Source of the DNA: Parcubacteria bacterium C7867-002
Lineage (GTDB): Bacteria; Patescibacteriota; Minisyncoccia; Phycocordibacterales; PALSA-1337
Assembly (NCBI GenBank): GCA_001189105.1
Contig: LFCL01000009.1
Coordinates: 1-54,221 of the forward strand
Direction of reading: 5' to 3'
Length of the DNA: 54,221 bases
Positions 1 through 9,331 of this stretch are shown piece by piece; within the stretch, counting starts at the first letter, position 1, and each line of letters starts with the position of its first letter. The notes under the pieces were generated by a model. The model was given only the letters and a program-made list of their open reading frames with translations, had not been told where the DNA came from and made no database searches. Position numbers and translations under genes: made by a program.

Positions 1-210
1 AGTGGTACCACTACCTTCATCAAACGTATAGTGAGCCACTAACCCAGAACCAGCACCAGAGAGTTGAGCTAGTTGTGTGTGGGAGGTAATACTGACAATA
101 GAGTTGTAGGTGTGGGTTAGTTGCTGGTAGGAGAAGGAAATGGAGATGAGGAAGAAAGTGAATATGGAGATGATAAGGGAAAAACCAAGCTTGGTGGATA
201 TAGAATACAT
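1..210 (-). CDS. Partial CDS (first 70 aa; continues past the window start): membrane-anchored or secreted protein with a LamG-like lead-in
   Basis: Open frame on the - strand from ATG at 210 to the window edge. It reads MYSISTKLGFSLIISIFTFFLISISF (hydrophobic anchor) ... LVAHYTFDEGSGTT, a motif common at the start of LamG/concanavalin-type domains. It is absent from the ORF track because no stop lies in the window. Confidence 0.4.
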   Translation of the reverse strand, partial: MYSISTKLGFSLIISIFTFFLISISFSYQQLTHTYNSIVSITSHTQLAQLSGAGSGLVAHYTFDEGSGTT

Positions 211-369
211 GGGTGAATTATAGCAAAGAAGGATTGGGTTGTTATGGGGACATCGAAAGGTCGGGGCACCGAGAACATGTGTCCTGTAGTTCAAATCAAG
301 AGAATAAACATTCTCTCAGCAACCACTTCATTTGGATTTAAACGGAAGGACGTGTGTTCTTGGTGCTTT

Positions 370-2091
370 TTACCTATCCGGCGCAATATTGTAATACGTA
401 ATCAAAAACTTCGTGATCTCCGCAAACGGTTTCGTCAACGTCTCCGAAGCATATTGTGCTCCCTTCGGGTGGATTTGATACAAAAAGACTATAAACTGCG
501 GATCATACGCCGGAAAATATCCAAAGAAAGAGTGTAAATAGCGATCCTTGTAATATCCACGGTTTCCTGGATCCGCAATTTGTGCTGTACCCGTCTTCGC
601 CGCCACACTATAATGTTCCATTTTTATACCCCCATTCTGTAATGCCTTATCAACCACTTCAACCAACATCTTTGTTGTATCCTCAACCGCTTTTTTTCCT
701 AAAATAGGACCTTGTTTTTCAACAGGAATAATTTCTGTCCTACCATTTTCATATTCAATACGTTTTACCAGATGAGGACGCACACCATAACCCTCATTTG
801 CTAACAACGCCAGAGCACGCGTCATGGCAATTGGTGAAACTGCCACCCCTTGACCGTATGCAGCAGTAGCAATTTCAATATCCAAGGCAGAATCCAAGTT
901 ATCCAAAAGACCCAGTGCTTCATTCGGCTGATCGATGCCTGTTTTCTCTCCAAAACCGAAGGCACTAAAATACTGTGTAAATTTCTCACTTCCCACTTTC
1001 AATGCAATCGTGGCCGCACCAACATTCAATGACTGACTGAGAACTTCCTGCATCGGCACAACCCCTCGAGCCTTACCATCGTAGTTAGAGATTTTTTTAT
1101 CATCCAATGTCATTGTTCCCGTATCGTTATATGTCGACTGCGGTGTTATTACTCCCGAATCCAAACCAATCGCCATGGTCAATGGCTTCATGATCGAACC
1201 CATTTCATACACATGCTCAACCAAAGGGTTGGAGAGGATCGAAACATCCGCTATACGAGACAAATACCGTGCATCAAAAGATGGCAAGGCCGACATGGCA
1301 ATAATTTCACCCGTGCGAGGATCCATGACAATAGCACCGATACTGTCGGGATTCCATTCTGACTGAATCTTTGCCAACACCCCTTCAATATATCCCGCAA
1401 CTGTCGTTTCAACTGTCGTGATAATTTCTCCAGGAGTCCGTTCCCCTTCACCAAATACAGAGTCGCGAAGTCCAGTAAATATCTGGGCAAACACATTGAT
1501 ACTCGAACCTACCGAAATACGGCGCAAAACATCCTCATAACTTCGTTCAAGACCATATCTACCTTCAATAGATCCATCCACACCTTCTCCAATCAAACCG
1601 AGCACATGTGCAGACAATTGTGCGCCAGGATATGAACGCCAATGTTGTTTTGCGGCACCAATACCAGGCAATCCTAATTCTTGAATTGAAATCGCAACAT
1701 CCTCAGAAACTCTGTCAGCCAGTTTTTCATATCGATCACCAGGTTTAGCCGCTTGACGCAAAAATTCCTCCTTTTCCAGAGGTAGATATTGAATAATAGC
1801 TTGATACGCACTTTCCGGATCAATTACTTTTGTCGGATCCATATGGATCACGTAGCCACGTGCAATAGTTGCTGCAGAGACACGGGTACCGTCCTTGGAC
1901 GTAAAGAAAATAGACCCACGATCAAATAATGAAGCTGATGGTCTTTCGTATTGCTGGTCAGCTTTGTCTGCATAGGATTGCCCCCGAACAATCTGGATCC
2001 AATAGAGAGATATGGAAAGAATAGCTGCTACCGCAACAATACCTCCCAAAACAAAACGTGCACGCAAACGCTGGCTAGAGTTCATATCCAC
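370..2091 (-). CDS. ftsI: Class B penicillin-binding protein (FtsI/PBP3-type transpeptidase)
   Basis: 573 aa with an N-terminal TM segment and the motifs SxxK (GSIMKP), SxN (SQSLN) and KTG (KTGTA). It sits downstream of mraZ-rsmH-ftsL, the canonical dcw order. Confidence 0.9.
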   Translation of the reverse strand: MDMNSSQRLRARFVLGGIVAVAAILSISLYWIQIVRGQSYADKADQQYERPSASLFDRGSIFFTSKDGTRVSAATIARGYVIHMDPTKVIDPESAYQAIIQYLPLEKEEFLRQAAKPGDRYEKLADRVSEDVAISIQELGLPGIGAAKQHWRSYPGAQLSAHVLGLIGEGVDGSIEGRYGLERSYEDVLRRISVGSSINVFAQIFTGLRDSVFGEGERTPGEIITTVETTVAGYIEGVLAKIQSEWNPDSIGAIVMDPRTGEIIAMSALPSFDARYLSRIADVSILSNPLVEHVYEMGSIMKPLTMAIGLDSGVITPQSTYNDTGTMTLDDKKISNYDGKARGVVPMQEVLSQSLNVGAATIALKVGSEKFTQYFSAFGFGEKTGIDQPNEALGLLDNLDSALDIEIATAAYGQGVAVSPIAMTRALALLANEGYGVRPHLVKRIEYENGRTEIIPVEKQGPILGKKAVEDTTKMLVEVVDKALQNGGIKMEHYSVAAKTGTAQIADPGNRGYYKDRYLHSFFGYFPAYDPQFIVFLYQIHPKGAQYASETLTKPFAEITKFLITYYNIAPDR

Positions 2092-2410
2092 TCAAAGATA
2101 CCACACCCAACGAAGAAGTGCGGGAGATATAGCTCGCGACTTTTCCTTCACTCATTCCTCGAGCACGAACAAGTTCCGGAGTAATTCGATTAGAGAGACC
2201 GATGTATTGTGAATCAAGTTTCTGTATAGTTTCACTCACTTCGGCAATACTGGCTTCTACATGTTGAAGCGCGACTGAACGAGAAATAACAGTGTAGATA
2301 TTAAAGACATAGGTAATCATCAGCACTGCGCAGATACCAAAAAGTGCGTACGTAATATGCGCTCTGAATCCATTCGTGTGACTGTATGTGCGTGCGATGA
2401 TTTTGTTCAT
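2075..2410 (-). CDS. ftsL: FtsL-like cell-division membrane protein
   Basis: 111 aa with a single TM helix (ALFGICAVLMITYVFNIY) followed by a coiled segment. It lies between rsmH and ftsI. The call is positional only. Confidence 0.55.
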   Translation of the reverse strand: MNKIIARTYSHTNGFRAHITYALFGICAVLMITYVFNIYTVISRSVALQHVEASIAEVSETIQKLDSQYIGLSNRITPELVRARGMSEGKVASYISRTSSLGVVSLSGYEL

Positions 2411-2422
2411 TGGTAATTAAAA

Positions 2423-3334
2423 TTATGGTTTAACAAGAATTCTGAGTTTGGCGCTTCGTGATCGTGGGTTAACCGCTCGTTCTTCCGGAGAAGCAGTGAT
2501 TGGTTTTTTGGTGACAATGAGTGCTCCCTCTACCGCTCGTGCCTTATTAAAATCCTTTACAATTCGATCTTCTAAACTATGAAATGAGATAACCGCCATG
2601 CGACCTCCTGAAGCCAGTCGTTCATACCCTTTACGCAATCCTTCGGTGAGCGCTCCCAGCTCATCGTTTACCGCAATACGTAATGCCTGAAATGTTCTCG
2701 TAGCTGGATGAATCTTTCCGTGTCGATACATACCAGGAACCGACATTTTGATAATTTCACACAACTCAGCAGTAGTTTCGATCAATTTCTTTGCTCGGTA
2801 ATTGATAATATTTCGTGCAATACGGCGTGCATAGCGTTCTTCTCCGTACCCGAAGATCACATCGGCGATTGTCTCTTCTTCCCAGGTATTTACGATATCC
2901 TTGGCCGTAAATGCCTGATCTGCAGGATTACCCATGGTCATATACAATGGTTCATCCTTAAGAAAAGAAAATCCTTTACCCGAAGCATCCAGTTCATCGG
3001 AAGAAATACCGAGATCTAGAAGAATTGCATCTACTTCTTTGATGGAATGAGCATCGAGAGCCAGGTCCATGTTTCGAAAATCAGTGTGTTCCAAAATGAC
3101 CCGCTCTGCTATACCTTCCAACAAGGCTCGTGCTCGTGTGATTGCTGCAGGATCACGGTCGAGACCGATCACCGTCAGCTTCCCTTTGACATGCTGTGCC
3201 ATTGCCAGTGCATGCCCTGCCCCACCGAGTGTACCGTCGAGATAGACACGGGGGGTTCCGAGACCTTCAACAACTTCATGTAAAAGAACGGGTGTATGAA
3301 TACTTGGCGTGGATTCCGTCATGTGGTATTTCAT
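2423..3334 (-). CDS. rsmH: 16S rRNA (cytosine1402-N4)-methyltransferase RsmH/MraW
   Basis: HTPVLLHEVVEGL, DGTLGGAGHA, DLGISS and SFHSLEDRIVK motifs. It lies immediately downstream of mraZ. Confidence 0.95.
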   Translation of the reverse strand: MKYHMTESTPSIHTPVLLHEVVEGLGTPRVYLDGTLGGAGHALAMAQHVKGKLTVIGLDRDPAAITRARALLEGIAERVILEHTDFRNMDLALDAHSIKEVDAILLDLGISSDELDASGKGFSFLKDEPLYMTMGNPADQAFTAKDIVNTWEEETIADVIFGYGEERYARRIARNIINYRAKKLIETTAELCEIIKMSVPGMYRHGKIHPATRTFQALRIAVNDELGALTEGLRKGYERLASGGRMAVISFHSLEDRIVKDFNKARAVEGALIVTKKPITASPEERAVNPRSRSAKLRILVKP

Positions 3335-3337
3335 AAC

Positions 3338-3778
3338 CTACAACATGCCGGCTTGTCCCAATTTTTCCGCCAAGGCATCGGCTCTTCCCTCAACTTCGGT
3401 CACATATGCATTCCACATAGTCTCATCCCAGATTTCAACGCGATCTCGAACGCCAATGAATACTACTTTGCTTTTCAAATTGGCTTTCTCGCGCAAATGT
3501 TCCGGAAGGAGCATACGTCCTACTGCATCTACATCTACCTCAACAGCTCTTCCTAAGAGGTAACGGTTGAGACTACGATTGTCTGCTTGTAAGAGCGAAG
3601 AACCAGTCACTGACAAATGCTCGGAAATCTTTTCCCATTCATTCGTTGTGAAAACGAAGAGACAGGAGTCGAGTCCGGGCGTAATCACTACCTTTTTGCC
3701 CATTTCCTGGCGAAACTTCGCCGGAAGTGAAAGGCGATTCTTGTCATCGATAGTGTGTCTGTATTCTCCGATGAGCAT
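3338..3778 (-). CDS. mraZ: Transcriptional regulator MraZ
   Basis: 146 aa with a duplicated SpoVT/AbrB-like MraZ signature (DDKNRLSLPAKFR ... GRMLLPEHLR). It is the first gene of the dcw cluster. Confidence 0.95.
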   Translation of the reverse strand: MLIGEYRHTIDDKNRLSLPAKFRQEMGKKVVITPGLDSCLFVFTTNEWEKISEHLSVTGSSLLQADNRSLNRYLLGRAVEVDVDAVGRMLLPEHLREKANLKSKVVFIGVRDRVEIWDETMWNAYVTEVEGRADALAEKLGQAGML

Positions 3779-3916
3779 ATGTTCGTGAGAAGAAGTGATT
3801 TTTGACTATTTACCACTTCTTCCCACTTGATGGATATTTTACCCCACTTCTCTCTTTTTTAATAGCTAAAATGGCTGTGGATAACACGAAAATTATGATG
3901 ATGTCAGTAAAAAATA

Positions 3917-3942
3917 AATGCCAAGGAGGAATCCTTGGCATT
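3917..3942 (-). terminator. Intrinsic terminator (11-bp perfect stem, tetraloop; T-run on the - strand)
   Basis: AATGCCAAGGA-GGAA-TCCTTGGCATT. On the - strand it is followed by TATTTTTTAC. It closes the lysK / noncoding transcript before the mraZ promoter region. Confidence 0.7.
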
Positions 3943-4205
3943 TCACACACACAACAACCAGCGTTTTTGTTTGCGTAATCTCTTTTTGGCAAAATACTCA
4001 CTTATCAAGAAGCAACAAATGACGGTACACAGACAGAGCAAACCCAGTAAACCACCCCCAATCTCCTTCAGGCGCACCCAGCGGGAGGGACTTTCTTCTT
4101 CATTCATAACAAAATTCAATATGTGACATTACTCACACTGAGCATCGATCACACCTAGAGCAGAGTATGCAACTTTACGTTGGTAGAGTCAATTATTTGG
4201 TAGAA

Positions 4206-4352
4206 CCAGGTGATTTACATTTCTCCACATGCCCGCAAGGTCGCCCACTCCACATTACATACCCTATGTGCTTCCAAGGCTTCAGCACATAGGGGTAATG
4301 TGTCGGGACTCGAATCCCATTGCGGTCATGTTCCGAAACGTAAATCACCTGG
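4206..4352 (-). ncRNA. Unassigned structured RNA candidate (nested long hairpin)
   Basis: Outer arms 4206-4223 and 4335-4352 are complementary over 18 nt with one G:U. Inner arms 4251-4272 and 4284-4302 pair over 19 bp with a 3-nt bulge. No credible ORF is present. Strand is inferred from the downstream - strand terminator. Confidence 0.35.
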
Positions 4353-4354
4353 CT

Positions 4355-4786
4355 CTACGAGGAAACAACCTCCCTAAGCCTTTTTTCCACAAACTTTTTA
4401 TCCAACACACTAAAGAACCAACCAGCCTTTGGTCCACTACTCTTCCCTAAAAATGAAAGATACAAACCTTCGAAGAAGGCCTTCGGATCAATATTCATAT
4501 CCTTACGAATGTCATGCAACGCCGTGTGCAATTCTTGTCCATCGAGAGCTTCTTTTGATTCGATATATTCCACAATACGAGTCAGTGCTTGTTTTTGTTC
4601 TACAGAAAGACCCTTCGCTTGTTCAGGGAGACGTTCTTTCAGATCAAACTTGTAATCTTCCGGAGCATAGAGATCCAACCAGCGCTGAGCATATTTCTTT
4701 CGTAGCTCTATCTCCGCCCGATCATCGTCAGTCAAAGGACTGCCCTTTTCCTTTTCTACTTCTTTCATAATATCGATATGAGGCAT
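4355..4786 (-). CDS. lysK: Class I lysyl-tRNA synthetase, C-terminal (anticodon-binding) segment as a separate ORF
   Basis: The 143 aa read as a continuation of the upstream LysK catalytic ORF. Its ATG lies 5 nt after the upstream TGA, in a different frame. Confidence 0.7.
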   Translation of the reverse strand: MPHIDIMKEVEKEKGSPLTDDDRAEIELRKKYAQRWLDLYAPEDYKFDLKERLPEQAKGLSVEQKQALTRIVEYIESKEALDGQELHTALHDIRKDMNIDPKAFFEGLYLSFLGKSSGPKAGWFFSVLDKKFVEKRLREVVSS

Positions 4787-4791
4787 TTGGA

Positions 4792-5886
4792 TCAGGTTTT
4801 AGGAAAATGAATGAACGTAAACAAACGTCCGTCACCATCTGACCCCGAGGTAAAGAATGCATCTGCCAAACGATCATAGGCATCGTAGAGAATAGGAACA
4901 GTGTCACCATCTGGAGCAAAATCAAGCACGCGTTGTGGCGGCTTCTGTAACAATAACAATCGCAACATATGAGGCGGCAACAGATCGGCCATTTCACGAG
5001 ACGACGAACCTGCACCCTTTGAAGAAGACATCTTCTTACCCTTAATATGCAAAAATTCATACGGAACATTGAAAGGAGGAACCGTATTGAAAACTTCGCG
5101 TGCAATCGCTTCGGCAACCTGGCGAGAACCACCTTTCGTTGAATGGTCCTTACCTCCACCTTCGATATCCACTCCCATAACCTTGAATTTTGCAGCCCAC
5201 TCTACTTTCCAAGGAAGTTTTGCATTGCCATTGAATGGAGAAATTTTTCCCGTATGAGCGCAACCATTCGTCCATTCGATGTTACCGCACGTATACGAAA
5301 CTTCCGTTCCGTCAAAACCGGTAATTTTGGTCGTGCTAACTTTGCCACAATTTTCACAAACCACCTGGACCGGATTCCAATCCTCTCCACGCACCGAACC
5401 AGAGACACGCTCGTATATTTCACGAATCTTAGCAGCATTATTCAAAGCCAGCGTAATAGTCTCGTTATATTTGCCCGACTTGTAGACATCACTGGAACGA
5501 TAGAACTGAACTTCGTATCCCAATTCACGAATAACCTCGATAAATTCTTCACCGTAATATTCGGCAAAATTTTTCGCCTTTCCATCGGGTGATGGAACAG
5601 TACACAATGGTTTACCCAAATAGGTCTTGTAGAGTTCTTGATCCAAAGAAGGAGGAATGCCGTCCATCGGATCAAAATCGTTGATTTCAAAAAGGTATGT
5701 GTGCTTTATATTCTGTTCACGAAGTGCTTCGGAGATGATGCCATGAATAACCACTCCCCGAAGCGATCCAACGTGGACTCGTCCAGAAGCGGTTTTTTCA
5801 TCACGAATAACAAGAGGTTGTCCTGCGTCTATCTTGGACGCATATGTCTCTTTTATTTTTTGAATTAATTCATCGGCCCACAACAT
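4792..5886 (-). CDS. lysK: Class I lysyl-tRNA synthetase, catalytic segment
   Basis: 364 aa with a HIGH-like region (SGRVHVGSLRG) and a KMSKS-like motif (KKMSSSKG). The class I LysRS architecture is truncated relative to full length (about 500+ aa). Confidence 0.85.
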   Translation of the reverse strand: MLWADELIQKIKETYASKIDAGQPLVIRDEKTASGRVHVGSLRGVVIHGIISEALREQNIKHTYLFEINDFDPMDGIPPSLDQELYKTYLGKPLCTVPSPDGKAKNFAEYYGEEFIEVIRELGYEVQFYRSSDVYKSGKYNETITLALNNAAKIREIYERVSGSVRGEDWNPVQVVCENCGKVSTTKITGFDGTEVSYTCGNIEWTNGCAHTGKISPFNGNAKLPWKVEWAAKFKVMGVDIEGGGKDHSTKGGSRQVAEAIAREVFNTVPPFNVPYEFLHIKGKKMSSSKGAGSSSREMADLLPPHMLRLLLLQKPPQRVLDFAPDGDTVPILYDAYDRLADAFFTSGSDGDGRLFTFIHFPKT

Positions 5887-5900
5887 GAGTGTATGACCTG

Positions 5901-6368
5901 TTACTTTATTGCAGCAATCAGGTATTCAACCTTTCCTTTTGGAGTCATGACTGTAATACGGTCATCTTTCTTGTGTCCAAGCAATGCTGAACCGAGCGGT
6001 GAGAGGTTGGAAATCTTGCCTTGTGCCATATCTGACTCTTCTGAACCAACAATAGTGAACACCATTGGTTTGTTATCATCTTTCTTTTCCAAACTTACAG
6101 TTGAACCTATCGTAACGACATCTTTGCCGTGCGCACGAGTGATCGTGGCGTGCTTGAGTAAATTTTCGAGACGACTGATACGATCTTCGACTTCGGCTTG
6201 TTCTTCACGAGCCTGGTGATACTCAGCATTCTCAGAAAGATCCCCTAATTTTTTCGCATACTCCAAATGTTCCGCTACTTCTTTGCGGCGTTCGGTCTTG
6301 AGCATGTGTAATTCTTTGGTCAATTCGGTGTGCTTTTCGGTGGTAAGATACTGAACTTCGTTGGACAT
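5901..6368 (-). CDS. greA: Transcription elongation factor GreA
   Basis: 155 aa with an N-terminal coiled coil (DLSENAEYHQAREEQ) and a C-terminal FKBP-like domain. Confidence 0.95.
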   Translation of the reverse strand: MSNEVQYLTTEKHTELTKELHMLKTERRKEVAEHLEYAKKLGDLSENAEYHQAREEQAEVEDRISRLENLLKHATITRAHGKDVVTIGSTVSLEKKDDNKPMVFTIVGSEESDMAQGKISNLSPLGSALLGHKKDDRITVMTPKGKVEYLIAAIK

Positions 6369-6459
6369 AATAAAAGGCGCTTAGATTACTAAGAAATATT
6401 GATAACCGTTAAGGATTTCAGTGTATCACACAAAGAGCCCAAAAAGAAAGGTGGAAACA

Positions 6460-8217
6460 TTATTCCTTAAAATAGTCAGGTGTATGCGTGTGCATCCAAT
6501 CTAGTTGCTGTCGCATAACGGCCGCAGCACCGATCAGATTGTGTACCGAGCCTTTTTCCAAAAGGACGGCGAATGCATAGCGAGGATTCTCATATGGCCA
6601 GAATCCGGTAATCCAGGAGTTCACATGGTCCTTCGCAACACCCAGCTCTGCTGTTCCTGATTTGGTGGCAATTTTGACATACGGAACGTTGAGCGCTACT
6701 CCGGTACCTTCGGTTGTACCCATGCGCATACCCTCACGTACAACCTGAAAATACGGAGCGGGAATATCCACCGTACTTTCAACATGAGATGTGTTTGTTT
6801 TGAGAATTGAAGGGACCAATAATTTTCCTCCGTTTGCCACCGCAGCAACAGCCCGCGCAATCTGTACAGGGGTCACCAAAAAACCATACTGTCCAATCGA
6901 CGTATTATAGGTATCCCCTACATACCAATCCTCATCAAAGGTTTCCTTTTTCCACTCTGGTGTAGGTATAACACCTGCTTTTCCTGTAACAAATGATTCG
7001 GACATTTCTTTACCAAACCCAAATAAGGACAAGTACGAATCAATACGTGCAATTCCCAGTCCTTTCATATCCTTATAACCTCCTCCGACGACATAGAAAT
7101 ATACGTCCGAAGAAACAGCCAAAGCCTTGCGTATATCGACCGGACCATGAGCTTTCCAGTCGCGGAATACTGTTGATTTCGTTTTGTCGTATGGGTTCGG
7201 AATAGAAATAAAACCACTCGGAGTAATCACCGTACTTGGTTCAACAACTTTTTCATTAAGCGCTGCCAATGCCATATACGGTTTTACAATTGAGCCTGGT
7301 GCGTACAGACCATCGACCGCACGATCGAGGAACGGTAATCTTGAATCATTGAGCATCGCACGGACAGCTGCAGAGTTTGTCTTATCTGACATCACCTGAG
7401 GATCGTATTCAGGGTAACTGGTCAACGCAATGAGTTCACCTGTATGCACATCCATAATCACACCGGCACCTCCCGTAAAACCGACTCGCTGTGCAATATC
7501 ACGAATATTGGAATAAAGAGATGATTGGATCTGTGCGTCGATGGAAAGAGTCAGATTTTGACCTTGAACAGGCGACCTGACGATATTATGTGAAAGAACT
7601 TTACCCCGTGCATCAACTTCAACCAAACGTGACCCGTTGACCCCTCTGAGATTCTCATCAAAATAATCCTCTATTCCATCAACCCCTTCAAAATCTTCCT
7701 GATAATAAAAACCATTACTGTCTTTTGATGGGTATTTTACATATCCCAAAACATGAGCCATGCCACTGGAGGTTGCATACTCACGGCGCGTAATGACATC
7801 TTCAGCAAATACAATCGAAGACGTTGCCAGAGGGTCCAACTTCGATACTGTTGGAGAATCAGTACCAGGAGCATTCCAGGCTAACATCGTTCCATTGCGA
7901 TCAAACAACACTCCTCTTCCTGCAAATACCGGCACGGGGCGCAATACGTTATTTTCACTCCGTTCAAAATACTCCTTCCCCTGCACGATCTGAAGCTGAC
8001 CAGCTTTGAATAAAAAGAGGAGAAGCCCAAGCACAAATGCACCGCCAGTGGCATACAAAGCTACCAAAGAAATCGGTTTCCCCAGACGCCCTTCGAACTG
8101 AGCAGTATTGAAGTTAGGTAAATTACTAGAATCCAACAACACTTCATCAGGCGCAATCTCATGATTCCGTCTTCCTCCTTTACGCCAAAAAAATATTTTT
8201 TTCCAAGGAATCCGCAT
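6460..8217 (-). CDS. mrdA: Penicillin-binding protein 2 (elongasome transpeptidase)
   Basis: 585 aa with an N-terminal TM segment, SxxK (GSIVKP), an SxD/N-like motif (SSDVYF) and KSG (KSGTA). It lies downstream of mreBCD. Confidence 0.9.
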   Translation of the reverse strand: MRIPWKKIFFWRKGGRRNHEIAPDEVLLDSSNLPNFNTAQFEGRLGKPISLVALYATGGAFVLGLLLFLFKAGQLQIVQGKEYFERSENNVLRPVPVFAGRGVLFDRNGTMLAWNAPGTDSPTVSKLDPLATSSIVFAEDVITRREYATSSGMAHVLGYVKYPSKDSNGFYYQEDFEGVDGIEDYFDENLRGVNGSRLVEVDARGKVLSHNIVRSPVQGQNLTLSIDAQIQSSLYSNIRDIAQRVGFTGGAGVIMDVHTGELIALTSYPEYDPQVMSDKTNSAAVRAMLNDSRLPFLDRAVDGLYAPGSIVKPYMALAALNEKVVEPSTVITPSGFISIPNPYDKTKSTVFRDWKAHGPVDIRKALAVSSDVYFYVVGGGYKDMKGLGIARIDSYLSLFGFGKEMSESFVTGKAGVIPTPEWKKETFDEDWYVGDTYNTSIGQYGFLVTPVQIARAVAAVANGGKLLVPSILKTNTSHVESTVDIPAPYFQVVREGMRMGTTEGTGVALNVPYVKIATKSGTAELGVAKDHVNSWITGFWPYENPRYAFAVLLEKGSVHNLIGAAAVMRQQLDWMHTHTPDYFKE

Positions 8218-8246
8218 AGGGGTATCCTACCATATCACTACACAAC

Positions 8247-8507
8247 CTATCGTATACTCCCCTTTACCCATGTGATAACCGATAAAAAGAGGATTGAAAC
8301 AAGTGTACCTACATATCCCCAGAGTCCCATTTCAGGAACAAAACCAAAAAGCGAATCGTATATCAAACCAGCAATAACAATCTCTATAAAAAAGGGAAAA
8401 ATCCATATCCCTACAAATGACAAGGGGAGCACGATAAACCACCAGCCATTCAAGACAGCGTATGCAATACCTATATCAATAATTAATCTCAAAAGTATTT
8501 TTTGCAT
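8247..8507 (-). CDS. Small polytopic membrane protein, possible MreD analogue
   Basis: 86 aa, about 3 TM helices, located between mreC and mrdA. It is shorter than a typical MreD. The call is positional only. Confidence 0.4.
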   Translation of the reverse strand: MQKILLRLIIDIGIAYAVLNGWWFIVLPLSFVGIWIFPFFIEIVIAGLIYDSLFGFVPEMGLWGYVGTLVSILFLSVITWVKGSIR

Positions 8508-8521
8508 GTCTTTTTCTCTGT

Positions 8522-9331
8522 TTACTGCGGTTCAACTAACACCCATCGCAACTGGTAGACATTCACCACAGGTGCAAACAAAATAGTTTCAAAAGGTTGG
8601 GTCGGGTCAGATATAACACTCGTAACTACTGCAAACGGAAGATTCGACAGCGAAGGAACTTCTACGAAATCCCCTTTTTTGATAGAAATGTCACGTGCAA
8701 CCTGAGCCTCGTATTGCCCTCCCCCGCGACCAATCGCCGTAGCAGGAACATGATGAGGGCCAATCATGACTTCATACTTGTTTCCTGGTGAAGAAAAAAG
8801 GATTACTTTGGCAGTTTTACCGAGCACTGCCCCAACCTGACCTATTAAAATTCTCCCCGGAGCATACACTTTATCATTGACCAAAAGTCCTGCATCGTTA
8901 CCAATATCAATAATCAATTCATCATATGGTCCAAAGGGTGGGCGTTCCAAAACTGCCGCCAACAGGGCACTTTCAGTTGAAGTGGCAACAGTGCGTCCCA
9001 GCAGACGTTTCAATTCCAGATTTTCCAATTCAACAAAACGAATCATGTCCAACCGTGCTCCCGCTGCAATCAGTTGACGACGTAACTCCTCATTCTCCGC
9101 CAACAGAACTGCCGGGGAACGGAAACTGCCGCTTTCTGCAGAAAATTCGACTCTCCAAAATGGACGAGCCAACGCGGTCCATGTTCCGGAAATCAAGTTC
9201 GGAAATACAAAATGTGTCAAAACAAGCAGAACGACCCCGATGATCGTCACAAAAATAAGCGTCCGTGTACGCTGGTGTGCTGGCCGACTACTGGTTCGCA
9301 GATAAGTCATCTTCGCTATGAATAAGCACAC
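8522..9331 (-). CDS. mreC: Rod shape-determining protein MreC
   Basis: N-terminal TM segment, then a coiled coil (LLAENEELRRQL), then a beta-rich C-terminal domain. It directly follows mreB. The true start is probably internal, because the longest ORF overlaps the mreB end. Confidence 0.8.
   Translation of the reverse strand: MCLFIAKMTYLRTSSRPAHQRTRTLIFVTIIGVVLLVLTHFVFPNLISGTWTALARPFWRVEFSAESGSFRSPAVLLAENEELRRQLIAAGARLDMIRFVELENLELKRLLGRTVATSTESALLAAVLERPPFGPYDELIIDIGNDAGLLVNDKVYAPGRILIGQVGAVLGKTAKVILFSSPGNKYEVMIGPHHVPATAIGRGGGQYEAQVARDISIKKGDFVEVPSLSNLPFAVVTSVISDPTQPFETILFAPVVNVYQLRWVLVEPQ

Noticed and set aside
3810-4001. A 63-aa - strand ORF upstream of mraZ.
   Set aside because: It contains the 11-bp terminator hairpin (3917-3942) and has no RBS. 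It is more likely an intergenic or promoter region.
3943-4352. Annotating this region as RNase P RNA (rnpB).
   Set aside because: The P4-like GAAGAAAGTCC is on the - strand, while the other RNase P-like strings are on the + strand. No complementary P4 3' strand was found on either strand. It is left as an unassigned RNA candidate.
7775-7784. A 10-nt exact match (CATACTCACG) between the reverse complement of spacer 2 and the mrdA coding region.
   Set aside because: The flanks do not match at all, and a 10-mer hit is at chance level for a 31-nt query against about 108 kb of two-strand sequence. I found no convincing in-window target for spacer 2, but my scan by eye was not exhaustive.
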